Assembly: GCF_018350175.1 (NCBI RefSeq)
Contig: NC_058368.1
Span: 186,808,001-186,872,000, forward strand
DNA length: 64,000 bases
Direction of reading: 5' to 3'
Origin: Felis catus
Lineage: Eukaryota
Shown: positions 41,093 to 52,605 of the stretch, one piece after another
Position numbering within the stretch: the stretch's first letter is position 1
Layout: each line of letters begins with the position of its first letter
The notes under the pieces: generated by a model
Databases searched by the model: none
Told to the model about the DNA's origin: nothing
Seen by the model: the letters and a program-made list of their open reading frames with translations, nothing else
Position numbers and translations under genes: made by a program

Positions 41093-41481
41093 CTGCAGCA
41101 GCCAGGGAGGTGCATTGCTTGAATCTCCTCCTTTCAAGAAAGAACTTGTCATTTAGTGGCAAGAAGTACAATAAACTGAGAACTTCCAACCGCTAACACC
41201 TTCAGGACCTGCTTCAGCTTTCAACTGATGTCATGTTCTTCCTGGGCAGCTCCAGGTAGGATACTAGCACCTGGACATTTCTGTATAAGACCAGACTCCT
41301 CTAATGGGATCTGTTTGAGTTCCCATTACTGAATGAGATTCTCCATTAGGCTGAAAGAGACTTGGTTGGAAGCTTTCTGTGCCTAATATTGCTTATTTTC
41401 CTTTTATCTTTCTCACACAACAAACCGCTTATGCTCCTAATTCCACCTCACTATCTGCTTCCAGAGGACCCAATTAAAACA
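41093..41481 (+). mobile_element. LTR16-like ERVL LTR
   Basis: 3' end ctcctaattccacctcactatctgcttccagaggacccaattaaaaca resembles LTR16. Confidence 0.65.
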
Positions 41482-42770
41482 GCTCTCATTCCAAAGCAGG
41501 GGCCACATTCACCATATCTGATAGTTTTCAGACACCTTTAATTTATCTGAAGCAGGGAGAGGACAGAGAATGAAGCATCACTTTTGCCCAAAGATTATGA
41601 GGAAGGATATTTTTGCCACATTCTCATGTACATGTCCTTCCCTCAAGAAGTACTGCCATGGTAGAGAAGCATGTCTACATGCTATAGTTGCCAAAGTAAA
41701 GGTCACATCTTTGATCCTGTCTTTCCCTGCCCAGTAGAGAGGTGACACCAGTATTCAAAATTTATAATAAATATTCACATCAGGTATTCGCTGAAAGAGA
41801 CCTGATACATGGAATAAATTCAAGCTATTTATACTTATTGTCATAACACATCATTCATGGTAAAGAAGAGAGTTTTATGCTATTTTTTTTTTCATTTCTA
41901 CACTAAAAGAGGTATATAACCATTATGCAAGGGCAAAAGTGATATGAATAAAAATGTAAGAATGAGGCAAAGCTGTTGGGTGTCATAGGTTTAGAGAGAA
42001 TGCTGGAATCAAGAAGTGGTTCTTCCTATTTTAATAAGAAAGGAAAGAGTAATTTTGAGAATAGAAACAGATAAAAAGCAATTTTGCATCCTTTCAAAAA
42101 TGATAATCTTGAACTCTGAAAAGGAGTTAGTGATCCATTCAACATTTCACTGATCAGGGAGTTGAAACTGAGAGGAAAGTGGGAAGTTGTTTAGCATAAG
42201 AGAAAGAGCACAGGCCAGTCCTGGACTTGTAACCTGATTGCCCTACATATTACCTGTGGCCACGGGCTCTGAACTTGATGTTCTTGTATATAAAATGGAC
42301 AGAATAACACCTTAGCAGGAAAAATTATTGCAGATAAAATACAATGATACAACAATCAATCACAATTCCTGGCTTCCAAAGGACTCTCAGATTATTACGT
42401 TATCAATTTCATTAGTAACAAATCGATTAACTGCAGCTTCTCTGCTATTCCCATCCAGTTCATTAGAGATAAAAAGAAAGCAACTGTAATTTGTAGTACT
42501 TGAGCCAAACTGATTAAGATCAAAAGAACTGAATGAACTAACTGAGGTTAAAATAGCTGAGACTACAATGGCAGCAGCTAGTAACTTTCTTATAAGAAGA
42601 AGAGATGTGGCAATTCTTCTCTGAAACAAAAGTAGAAAAAGACTAAGAAAAAAAAAAGATCTGGACAAAGGAAATGCTGGAACATGACAGATTTTTCCTT
42701 AGAAATCTGAAAATCGCATAGAATCTGGAAGAACCACATACTCTTTGAAGCCTTCAGGGACTGTTCATCC

Positions 42771-42846
42771 TTCCATTCATCCAACTACCCATCCATCCAT
42801 CCATCTATCCATCCATCCATCCATCCATCCATCCTTTCATTCATCC
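42771..42846. repeat. (CCAT)n tetranucleotide repeat
   Basis: Directly visible. Confidence 0.9.
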
Positions 42847-42979
42847 TTTTATTCCATATTTATTTGTAATCCTAAAAAAAAAACTTAATTGCAGTACATG
42901 GAATAGAAATCCAGAAATGATGTCAATTTTCCTTGACTTGCTCTGGCTTTATAAAACATGGTGACCAGGAGCCCAGCAT

Positions 42980-43810
42980 GCCAAGTGCTTAAGAACACAG
43001 ATGCTGTCAGAGTTCCTGAGCTCAAATTCTGGCTCCAAAAGCATAACCTTGGTCAGGTTATTTAACCTCTCTGTGGCTCATTTTCCTTATAGTATTAGTG
43101 CCTGATTCAGATAGTGGAGGATTAAATGAGATTTTCTTATAAAGTGCTTAGTCATAATTCCACATTTAGTTTTAACTGTTATCTGCTATTGTTATTATAA
43201 CATTGATTATTACTGCCATTCAAGTGATTCTGGCTTTGCCAGAGAAGAAAGAGGCTAAGTGCTTAAGAATTGTTATTGCAGAGGAAAACTAACTTATACA
43301 GACAGTTTCCCTTCTGCCAACAATAACTTTGATCTTTTTTCCTTAGTGGTCTTTAGAGGTAAAGTGAAAGAGTAGGAGACAGCAGGCAGAACAGGAACAA
43401 AAAGGGGAAGCCCTGAATCAGTGTTTATAAGAGACACACTTTTTGCCTAACAGAGTAGGACTTTTTAAAATCTTTTCTAATGTGTGTGGTAAATGCTGTA
43501 ATATCCACTTCACAGATTAGGAAACAAGGCCTCAGAAAGTCTCACAGAAATACCCAAGACCACAGAATTCGATGTGAGAAAGTGAGGATTTGCCCACCGC
43601 ATGACTTGACCCAAAACTCTAAGGGAATAGGGGCAGTTGAGAACACCTCATTGTGTAATGCTTTACAATTTACAAAGTGCTTCCCAAATTTGGTTTTATT
43701 TCAACTTTACAGTTTTGTGAGGTATGTAAATCTGGCAGGTTTGATTTTAGAGATGAGGGAAATGGAGTCTCAGAAAGACTGCATGACATGCTCAAGGTCA
43801 ACAAAATATA
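42980..43810. mobile_element. Cluster of MIR fragments in both orientations
   Basis: ttatttaacctctctgtggctca; ttcacagattaggaaac; ttttagagatgagggaaatggagtctcaga. Accounts for much of ORF 43480-43941. Confidence 0.7.
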
Positions 43811-45689
43811 GGAGGTGGGAATACAAGGTGAGGCATTGGGGTTCCCATTGCACTTTCTCTCCCTTGCTTCAATGTGAAGTTAATGGAGGAGAGAGAGGAG
43901 TCTGGAGCAATGTGTGCAACCATCCCAAAGAGGAAGAGTGATTATATCTTCTGAAAGGGTACTTGACAATTTCCCTCTCTTTATGCAATCTCAATTATCA
44001 TAAGAAATTGTAAGCTCCATGAGAGCAAGGAAAAAAAAAACTTTTACATGACTATGGCTCCAATACTTATCACAATACTGGCATTGGGTAAGCAGTTGAT
44101 GCATGCTTGTTGAATAAATACATGAATTAAGTAAAGGCAAGGAGAGTGCCAAGCCCTGGAATCCCCAATAAGAATGAACATGCTACTATGGCAGAGGAAG
44201 GCTTACCTTTGAGAACTTTTAACCATCCTCAAGTAAGCCCCAGTTATGTGCCTGAATGCTTCTTAAATAAGTTTTAGTTATTTTTTTACCTTCTTTATGG
44301 TACTTATGTACAGCATTTTTCACTTCTAGAAATGTAAATTTCTAGATATGTAGTGGTCTTCTAACTTCTCCCATTTCTTTCCAGGAAGAAATAGAACATC
44401 TCTTCAAGCCTGTGACCCTTTGGCCTTCTGAGTAACCCCAGCCCTGCATCATCTGGCCCACATCCAAGGAACCACCATTTGGAAGTCTGGTGGATGTCTC
44501 TGACCACCTGCCAGGTAGGATGACTGAAAATGAAGATTTGCTATTCAGAGTTTAATTGCACAAAGAGTTAAGTTATTAGCCTTCTTCAGCAATCAACTTC
44601 AAATCATGTTACGGTGACTCCTAAAGCTAAAATAACAATGCATGGAACAGGTAAAAAGAAAAAAAAAAAAAGCTAACAAATAGTGGAAAAGGTACATTTT
44701 TCTTATCTGAAAAAGAGTATGCAAGAGAATCCAAACCCCATGGCAGAGCAAATACACTTGTTCCCTTAGCTTGCCAGATGGGGATCTGAGGTCCCGGGGG
44801 TAGGGACTGAGCTGTGGGGTGCCTCCTCACACTAATGAGGTTTGCCCTAGAATCCGAGGAGACAGATGGATCTGCAGGTTGGAACGCCTCAGCAATCTCC
44901 CTGGGAGTTGGCACAATTTCATTTTCTCTGCCCTCTCTTTCCCTCTCCCACCTCTTCTACTTGTTTTTGTTGCTTTTGTAATGCTCTGTGCCCCAATAAA
45001 TACTCTCCCCTGCACATTTTTTTCTGCATCTCACTGACTGACTACTTTTTGGCCACACATAATTCTTTCTCTCCCTCCTTCATTTTGTCCCTTTCCTTGC
45101 CCACCCCTCCCCTCTCAAGTATTTTTGTCTGTAACAGCTTCATCTTGATCCTTTCTGACCCCATTGAATGCCTGTTTACTCACAAGCATTCCAGAAAGAG
45201 GTCATGTATGAAATAATGAGAAGGAAAGGAAGACACTACTAAAAATTCTCATTTCTGTGACTGGTACTGAATTTAAGGATTTTTCGTCTAAAAAGAAAAT
45301 GGAAGAAAATCCTGGTCACTTGAGGAAATGTAGGGGTCTTTCTGCCCATTATTAGCCTTTAGAACTCTCCAGATTTTAGCTGGTATGGGTATCTGATCTC
45401 ATACAGTGAGAAATGAGTAGATTTCCAGAAATTATGGCAAATTCACCAAAGAGAGGATAATTTCTAGGCACAAAGCATCATGCCATCAATATGTGGTGTG
45501 CTAGCCTAGGGAACTCTGGTCAACTGGCTTTTTGACATGGGAACACCTAGAATACAAGGCTCAATGTCACTAGTACAACTTGAACATCACAAGGTCCCGT
45601 GGGCTACTTCACCTCCCATGGGAGAACTCAATAGCAGCCAGAGTGCTCTTGCCAAAATAAGAGTATACCTTTTAAGAATACTTGAAGCA

Positions 45690-46085
45690 ATGTATTATAA
45701 AAGAATACTATTCAGCTTAAAAAAGAAGGAAATTCCATCACATGCTATAACATGGATGAGCCTTGAGGACATTATACTATATGAAATAAGCTAGTAACAA
45801 AAAAGATAAATACTGTAGGATTCCACTTATATGAGGTATATAAAGTAGTCAGAATCATAGAAAAAGAAAGTAGAAGGGTGGTCATCAGGGGCAACAGGGA
45901 GGAGAATATTGAGGGCTGTTGTCACATGGATATGATTTCAGTCTTGCAATATAAAATAATTCTAGAGATCTGTTTCACAACAATGTGAGTATATTTAACA
46001 CCTACTAAACTATATACATAACAGTGATTAAGATGGTAAATTTTATGTTGTGGTTTTTTTGCCACAATTTTAATTGTCAAACTTT
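45690..46085 (+). mobile_element. L1MA-like 3' end
   Basis: aacatggatgagccttgaggacatt...ggtaaattttatgttg. Confidence 0.85.
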
Positions 46086-46418
46086 AAACAAAAAAGGAAA
46101 GGGAAATAAGAGAAGGATAAACTCAGAACGCCTTGAACTGGGAAGGACAGGGGTATGGGACTGGATGGTTGGAGGAAACCATATAAATACTTGAATGATA
46201 CTGTCAAAACCTCATAGCTTTTATAACGGGTGGTGAGTCCAAAGGTTATTACTATTATATTGAAAATAACTAAGTAATCAGAGCCATACATGGGTCAATG
46301 ATGAGAATATGGTCATGAGCCAAAGATTCTGAAGAGACCAATTTTGTGCAGGAAAAAAAAAAGAATATAGGCAAAATTTGGTTACATCATTTTCCACTTT
46401 AAAATACTTTATAACTAC

Positions 46419-46611
46419 AGGCACCTGAGTTAAGCATCCAACTTCGGCTTAGGTCATGATCTCACGGTCTGTGAGTTTGAGCCCTGTGTGTGGCTCTGTG
46501 CTGACAGCTCAGAACCCAGAATCTGCTTCAGATTCTGTGTCTCCCTCTCTTTCTGCCCCTCCCTGCTAGCACTCTATGTTTCTTAAAAATAAACACTTAA
46601 AAAAAATAAAT
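46419..46611 (+). mobile_element. CanSINE with a small deletion in the head
   Basis: ggcacctg-agttaagc lacks the usual ggtggctc; TSD aaaatactttataac / aaaattatttataac. Confidence 0.9.
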
Positions 46612-47205
46612 AAAATTATTTATAACCCTATTTTTTTTAATTTAAAAAATCCTTAAAATAGCTTTCAAGTTCCCTGCATCTTTCTGTCTCATTGTGTCCA
46701 CTAGGTACCATTTCTCTTTACACTCTATTCATGCCAACCTTGTTTTAGTTCCTCATATGTTGTCATATTGCCTCCAGGCCCTTCAACATGCTACCCCACC
46801 ACCCAGAGCACTGCTCCTCTTGCTGATTTTCTGGCTAACTTCCACTCCTTGACATCTTGGCTAGAATGTCCATTTTATCCTCAGAGAGGCCTTCTCTGAC
46901 CTCCCAGGTCAAGTAAGTCCTATACAACCCTATAAAACACTGACCACAGTTACTGCTATTACCTGGGGAGTCACTTCTCTCCCCTACCAGCAACAAAGAC
47001 ATGCTAGTCTTACCAGTTTATCTTTAGACCCTGGCACAATATCGAGAACTTGATAAAGAACAAAACTTGCAATGAATGATTGAATGAATGAATGGTACGC
47101 ATTAGAGTAAAACTTTAACCACCTTCCCCACAAAGACACAGGCCTTCACTTTGTTGAATGGCCCCCAGACATTATGCATATTTCAAAAGGGCAAATATAC
47201 TAAAT

Positions 47206-47415
47206 TTCTTTTTTTTTATGTTTATTTATTTTTGAGATAGAGAGAGAGTGTGAGCAGATGATGGGGTAGAGAGAGAGGGAGACACAGAATCCAAAGCAGG
47301 CACCAGGCTCTGAGCTGTCAGCACAGAGCCCAATAAGGGGCCTGAACCCATGAACTGCAGGGTCATGATGTGAGCTGAAGTTGGACGCTTAACCAACTGA
47401 GCCATCCAGGCGCCC
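47206..47415 (-). mobile_element. CanSINE
   Basis: TSD aaatatactaaat on both sides. Confidence 0.94.
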
Positions 47416-47655
47416 AGAAAATATACTAAATATCTTGCTGTTCCTCTAATGCAACAGGCATGTTCCCACCATTAGGTTTACTCCACCTGTCCCCTTTGCC
47501 TGAAATGTTTGCCTTTTCCTCAGTTATCTCTTTAGCTAATTCACGCAATTGCTTCAAGGCTTTTCCTAAATATTACCTTTAATCGAGGTTTTATATGCTA
47601 TTGATACTGAACTTCCCTCCACAATTAGCCCTTCGAGTCCTCTGTTACCCATTAC

Positions 47656-47760
47656 TTTATTTATTTATTTATGTATTTATGTATTTATGTATTTATTTAT
47701 CCATTTATCTGTTCATTCATTCATTCATTCATTCATTTAGAGCACACACAAGCAGGGAGG

Positions 47761-47798
<38 letters not shown>

Positions 47799-47924
47799 CC
47801 CAAGCAGGCCCCATGCTGTCAACAAAGAGTCTGACACAGGGCTCAAACCCACGAACTGTGATATCATGACCTGAACCAAAACCAAGAGTTGGATGCTAAA
47901 CCAACTGAGCCACCCAGGCACCCC
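47656..47924 (-). mobile_element. Older CanSINE with a (TTTA)n/(TTCA)n-expanded tail
   Basis: aagagttggatgct head variant and (GA)n tract. Confidence 0.9.
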
Positions 47925-48061
47925 TGCATTTTACTTTTTAAATAGTACTTATCTTATCTTTTTAAAAAATATTCTATATTTACTATGTTTATTATATATT
48001 GTCACTTAACACTATCACACCTCTAGTCTCACTAGAATATAAGCTCCACAAGGCAGGGATT

Positions 48062-48303
48062 TTTTTTTTTAATTGTGTATAAAACCATGTATAAAATTTA
48101 CCATCCTAACTATTTTTTTAAGTATACAGTTCAGTAGTCTTAAGAATATTTACACTATTGGGGCACCTAGATGGCTCAGTTGGTTAAGCATCCAACTTTG
48201 GCTCAGGTCCTGACCTCATAGTTTGTGAGTTCAGACCCCCAGTCAGGTTCTGTGCTGACAGCATGGAGCCTGCTTCAGATTCTGTGTCTCTCTCTCTGCT
48301 TCA

Positions 48304-48341
<38 letters not shown>

Positions 48342-48783
48342 CCTCAAAAATAAAAATAAACATTAAAAAAATAAAAAACAAGAATATTTACACTGCTCAA
48401 CCTCAGATTTTAGCACACAGACAAAAAAAGAATATTTATACTGATTGTGAAACATATCTCCAGATTTTTTTTTGTATCTTGCAGAACTGAAACTCTATAC
48501 CCATTAAATAATTCCCCTTTTCTCCTTCTGTCCAGCCCCTGATAACTACCATTTTACTTTTTATTTCCATGAATTTGACTATTTTAGGTATGTAGAATGA
48601 TACAGCACTTGTCCTTTTGTAACTAGTTTATTTCATTTAGTATAATGTTCTCAAGATCCATCCATATTGGACCTTCCTTTTTAAGGCTTCATAGTATCCC
48701 ATTATATGTATAGACCACATTTTTAATCCATTCATCTGTTCATAAACATTTTGGTTGTTTTCACCTCTTGGCTATTAAATAAG
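48062..48783 (-). mobile_element. L1MA/MB 3' end inserted in an L2 tail
   Basis: poly(T) then an L1 3' terminus; TSD aggcagggatt (48051-48061 / 48784-48794). Confidence 0.85.
48160..48379 (+). mobile_element. CanSINE nested in L1
   Basis: TSD aagaatatttacact (48142-48156 / 48380-48394). Confidence 0.94.
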
Positions 48784-50399
48784 AGGCAGGGATTCTTGCC
48801 TGTTTAGTTCATTGATGTGCCCTAAGCACCAGGAAGAGCTCCTGTTGCATAGTAGAGGCTTAATAAGAATTTCTTGGATACATAAAATAAAGGGAGCAAA
48901 GTGAAGGTTATTTGCTAATACTAGAACTTTCCAGATAACTTTTCCATCATTTAGACAATACCTTATGTTTGAAGAATCTCTTAATATGGCATGGTACTTC
49001 ATAAATAATTGTAATGGTCCTTAATAAATAACTGGAGTCCTTGAATAAATAGGGTAGTTAGACAAAACATGAGGCCTGGCTCTCCAGACATTACCCACAA
49101 AGCTGCCTGAGCATCTGGGTCTTTGGGATAGGTCTTGTCCCTGTAAAATCGCTGGTACAATGTCATTGCCTTAGCTATAGTGATTATACTCTAAGATGTA
49201 CAAGCAAATAATTATATGAGTACTTGGCCTGCAGAAAGAAAAGGTGGGTTCTAAGGAGAGGGGCAGAGGCTTGGACAGCTATAGAGGGCACGTAGTGGGA
49301 TGGTACTCTCCCCAATTTAGACAGGACTTATTGTTGGTGCTGGAGACTATGTGAATATTGTCTATTCCCACAACTAGTTCCAACTCAAGCGAGTGGCTAT
49401 GGACTGGTATTTTGCTATTTCCCTTGGAAATCCAGAAGAAGAATTCCTTCCTACCAATGACCTCTGTGTTGGGTCTTACCTCATCTTGCTGTTCTTCCAT
49501 TTAAAAAGAAAATCACCCAGGTATTTTGATAATTCCAATGGCTTGGTGCCAGTTTTGAAAGTAATTACAAAAGTTTGCATGGCTTATTTTATTTAATTTT
49601 GTCATTGAGTTCGTGACTATTAAATTCTGTAATCAAATTTATGTTTTTATGTATACATTATGAGAGAAGTGAGATTGACAAAACAAAGTTTGGCTGCCTC
49701 ACTGAAGGGGCCTAGTGATGGATATTCCCAAGCCTTTACTTATAGATATGCTATAGACCCTTGACAATCTGAGAAGTATATCTACAGATGTCTAGAAGAC
49801 TTCAGTTGCAAATACTTCCATAGCAAATAAATTCTCTTAAAAAAAGCAGTAATATTTGAAAAAATGTAAGTGTTCTTTTCACATTCTTAATTCTATATAT
49901 CAGAAAAAATTGTTCTTGAATCACAGTTCCCTGGAGAATTATGTCTTTTATGCTTAGCCTCTAGAGAGACATTCCATAAGAGTTACTGCATATTCTTGGC
50001 TGAAGAGCCACTCACCTGTTAAGTGCCTCCCTGCTGTATACCACCTTTATATTGCACACAGGTGGGTACTTCCACAAAATTAAAATTAATACGTCATGGG
50101 ACCTTAGGATTTTTCAAAATTAATCAAAACCTTGATTGTTAAATCTCAGAAGGTCAAGGGTCTATGGCACAGCATGATGCAATAAATAAAGCATTTAAGC
50201 ACAAAGGCTTCAGAGTTTTTTGGATATAGCCCCAAATCCCAGCTCAACCTCTTACTATTTATGACTTGGGGGAAATTCCCAACTTGTTCTTCATCTATAA
50301 AATACAAAAATTATCGGCACTTCTTCAGGAGGAATATAAGTGGAGCACTTAGCACAGAGCCAAGCACATACCAAGCACCAGAACTGGTAGTAAAGCTGT

Positions 50400-51005
50400 T
50401 CTGCTGCTACTGCACTTGTCTTCTGCCCCCTGCAGTCCATTCCCCACTTAGCATCCAGAGTGAGTTTTTGAAAACTTGAATCAATTACCTGATACATGAT
50501 GGTATAAAAGCCTTCCAATGACCTTCCAAGGCAGTTAGAAGAAAATTCAAAGAAGGGGTGAATCTTTGACCTCTCCTCAAGCCACCCTCTTCCTCTCTCA
50601 TTTTACTTCGGCCACATTGTTTTCCTTCTGTTTCTGCACAGGCCTCATTTCTACACCAAGGCCTTGGCCTCACTGCTTCCTTCTTCCTGCAAGATGTATC
50701 CCTGCATCTTTGCTTGGCTAACTCTTATCTGGACTTGCACATCACCTCCTCAGAGAGGCTTTCTCTAACCACTCAATCCTCCCTTCATTCTGCATATCAT
50801 TATTTGATTATTAACTCAGTTCTCATCATGATATGCAAGTATCTTGGTATTTTGTTTTCTTATCCATTATCTCTCTCTCCCAAGTATGGTATAACTAAGC
50901 TATACTTTCTGCATGGTGCTATGAATCTCCACTGTTCTTGACATATGCTACAGATTCAAGAAATGCTGGTGGACTGGATGGATGGATGGATGGATGGATG
51001 GCTAA
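50400..51005 (+). mobile_element. L2 3' fragment ending in (GGAT)n
   Basis: catcacctcctcagagaggctttctctaacc and similar L2 motifs. Confidence 0.7.
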
Positions 51006-52054
51006 ATAAGGATTGTGTCACCAGTTGTTGCACTGTGTATGATAATGGCATGGTAGGAAACTTATACATGAATCTACATGACAAAGAAAACATCACAAAA
51101 AGGTTGATGTAGTCTCTTAAGGCTGTGTCAATAAGATGGGACATTAGCTGACCATTAAGAAAGAAATTGAAATGTAGTCTAGGGAGAACTTTTAGGAAGT
51201 TGTTTAACCTCCAAATATTTGAGATTTTCTTCTTGTCCCCTACGGGTGGAGACAGGCCTGCCCCTCATTTATGGGGATGTTCTGGAGCCAGAGATAATGC
51301 CTAAAAGCTGCTGAGTGCTAATTAGCTCTATCTGTCAGGGCACAGGAAGCCAGCAGGTCTGAGTGGCTGATTGCAAGGTCTGTAGCTGAAAATACTTCTT
51401 GCCAAATGCCTGGAGGGGCTGATAAGGGAAATGACTACATTCTGTAAATTAACATATTCTAAGCAGGTCAGAAGGCCCAGTTGTAGAAAACAGTGGCAAA
51501 GATGGAAAGAAAGGTGAAACCACTCCTGTTTTAGTTACCATGCCTAAGTAATGAAGCTGTGAATTCCTTGACAAGGATCATTGTCTTGGAGTCAGCAGTG
51601 AATGGCAGATAAAATTTAATTTCTAGGGGTGGCTACTGAAAGAATTAGGAAAGAAGTATACTTGTATTCATTGTGTTCATTTCCTGGTCCTATTCATTTT
51701 GTCCTTTTTTAATTTGAGTGATCAGTTCCACCCTTACTCTTCCTCTTCCCTTTAAAAGGAGAGAGTTTTCATCTTTCCTTTCTCATCTGATTTGCCTTCT
51801 CAAAATGATTTCTCAAACACCAGATTTCCCTAGAGAAAGAAGCCTGGACTAGACATGAGAAAAGACCAAGATTCTGATTCTGGTCCCTGTTCTATGGGTC
51901 CACTAGTTGTGACTTCTTTTGTTGGAAGCTACAGAAACCCAAGTTAAACTAGCTTAAGAAAGAAATCAATCATCCAAGGGCTTAGCAATAACAGCAAACT
52001 TCAGTGTCCCCTCCAGTTCTCAAACCCTTCTTTTGATCAAATTCAGCTCTAACC

Positions 52055-52605
52055 TACCCTATGACCCAGCAGTAGCACTGCTAGGAATTTACCCAATTAC
52101 CCAAGGAGTACTGATGCATAGGGGCACTTGTACCCCAATGTTTATAGCAGCACTCTCAACAATAGCCAAATTATGGAAAGAGCCTAAATGTCCATCAACT
52201 GATGAATGGATAAAGAAATTGTGATTTATATACACAATGGAGTACTATGTGGCAATGAGAAAGAGTGAAATATGGCCCTTTGTAGCAACGTGGATGGAAC
52301 TGGAGAGTGTTATGCTAAGTGAAATAAGCCATACAGAGAAAGACAGATACTATATGTGTTCACCCTTATGTGGATCCTGAGAAACTTAACAGAAACCCAT
52401 GGGGGAGGGGAAGGGAAAAAAAAAAGATTAGAGTGAGAGAGAGCCAAAGCATAAGAGACTGTTAAAAACTGAGAACAAACTGAGGGTTGATGGTGGGTGG
52501 GAGGGAGGGGAGGGTGGGTGATGGGTGTTGAGGAGGGCACCTTTTGGGATGAGCACTGGGTGTTGTATGGAAACCAATTTGACAATAAATTTCATATATT
52601 AAAAA
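52055..52605 (+). mobile_element. Young felid L1 3' fragment, ~550 bp
   Basis: Same 3'UTR family as 36845-37400; perfect 16-bp TSD aaattcagctctaacc; lies in MLT1-like sequence (~51905-52950). Confidence 0.96.

Noticed and set aside
43480..43941. 153-aa ORF, the longest outside L1
   Set aside because: Runs through MIR fragments; no recognisable domain.
49470..49500. Minus-strand donor GAG|GTAAGA after MEEQQDE
   Set aside because: No matching acceptor or promoter evidence; isolated donors are common.
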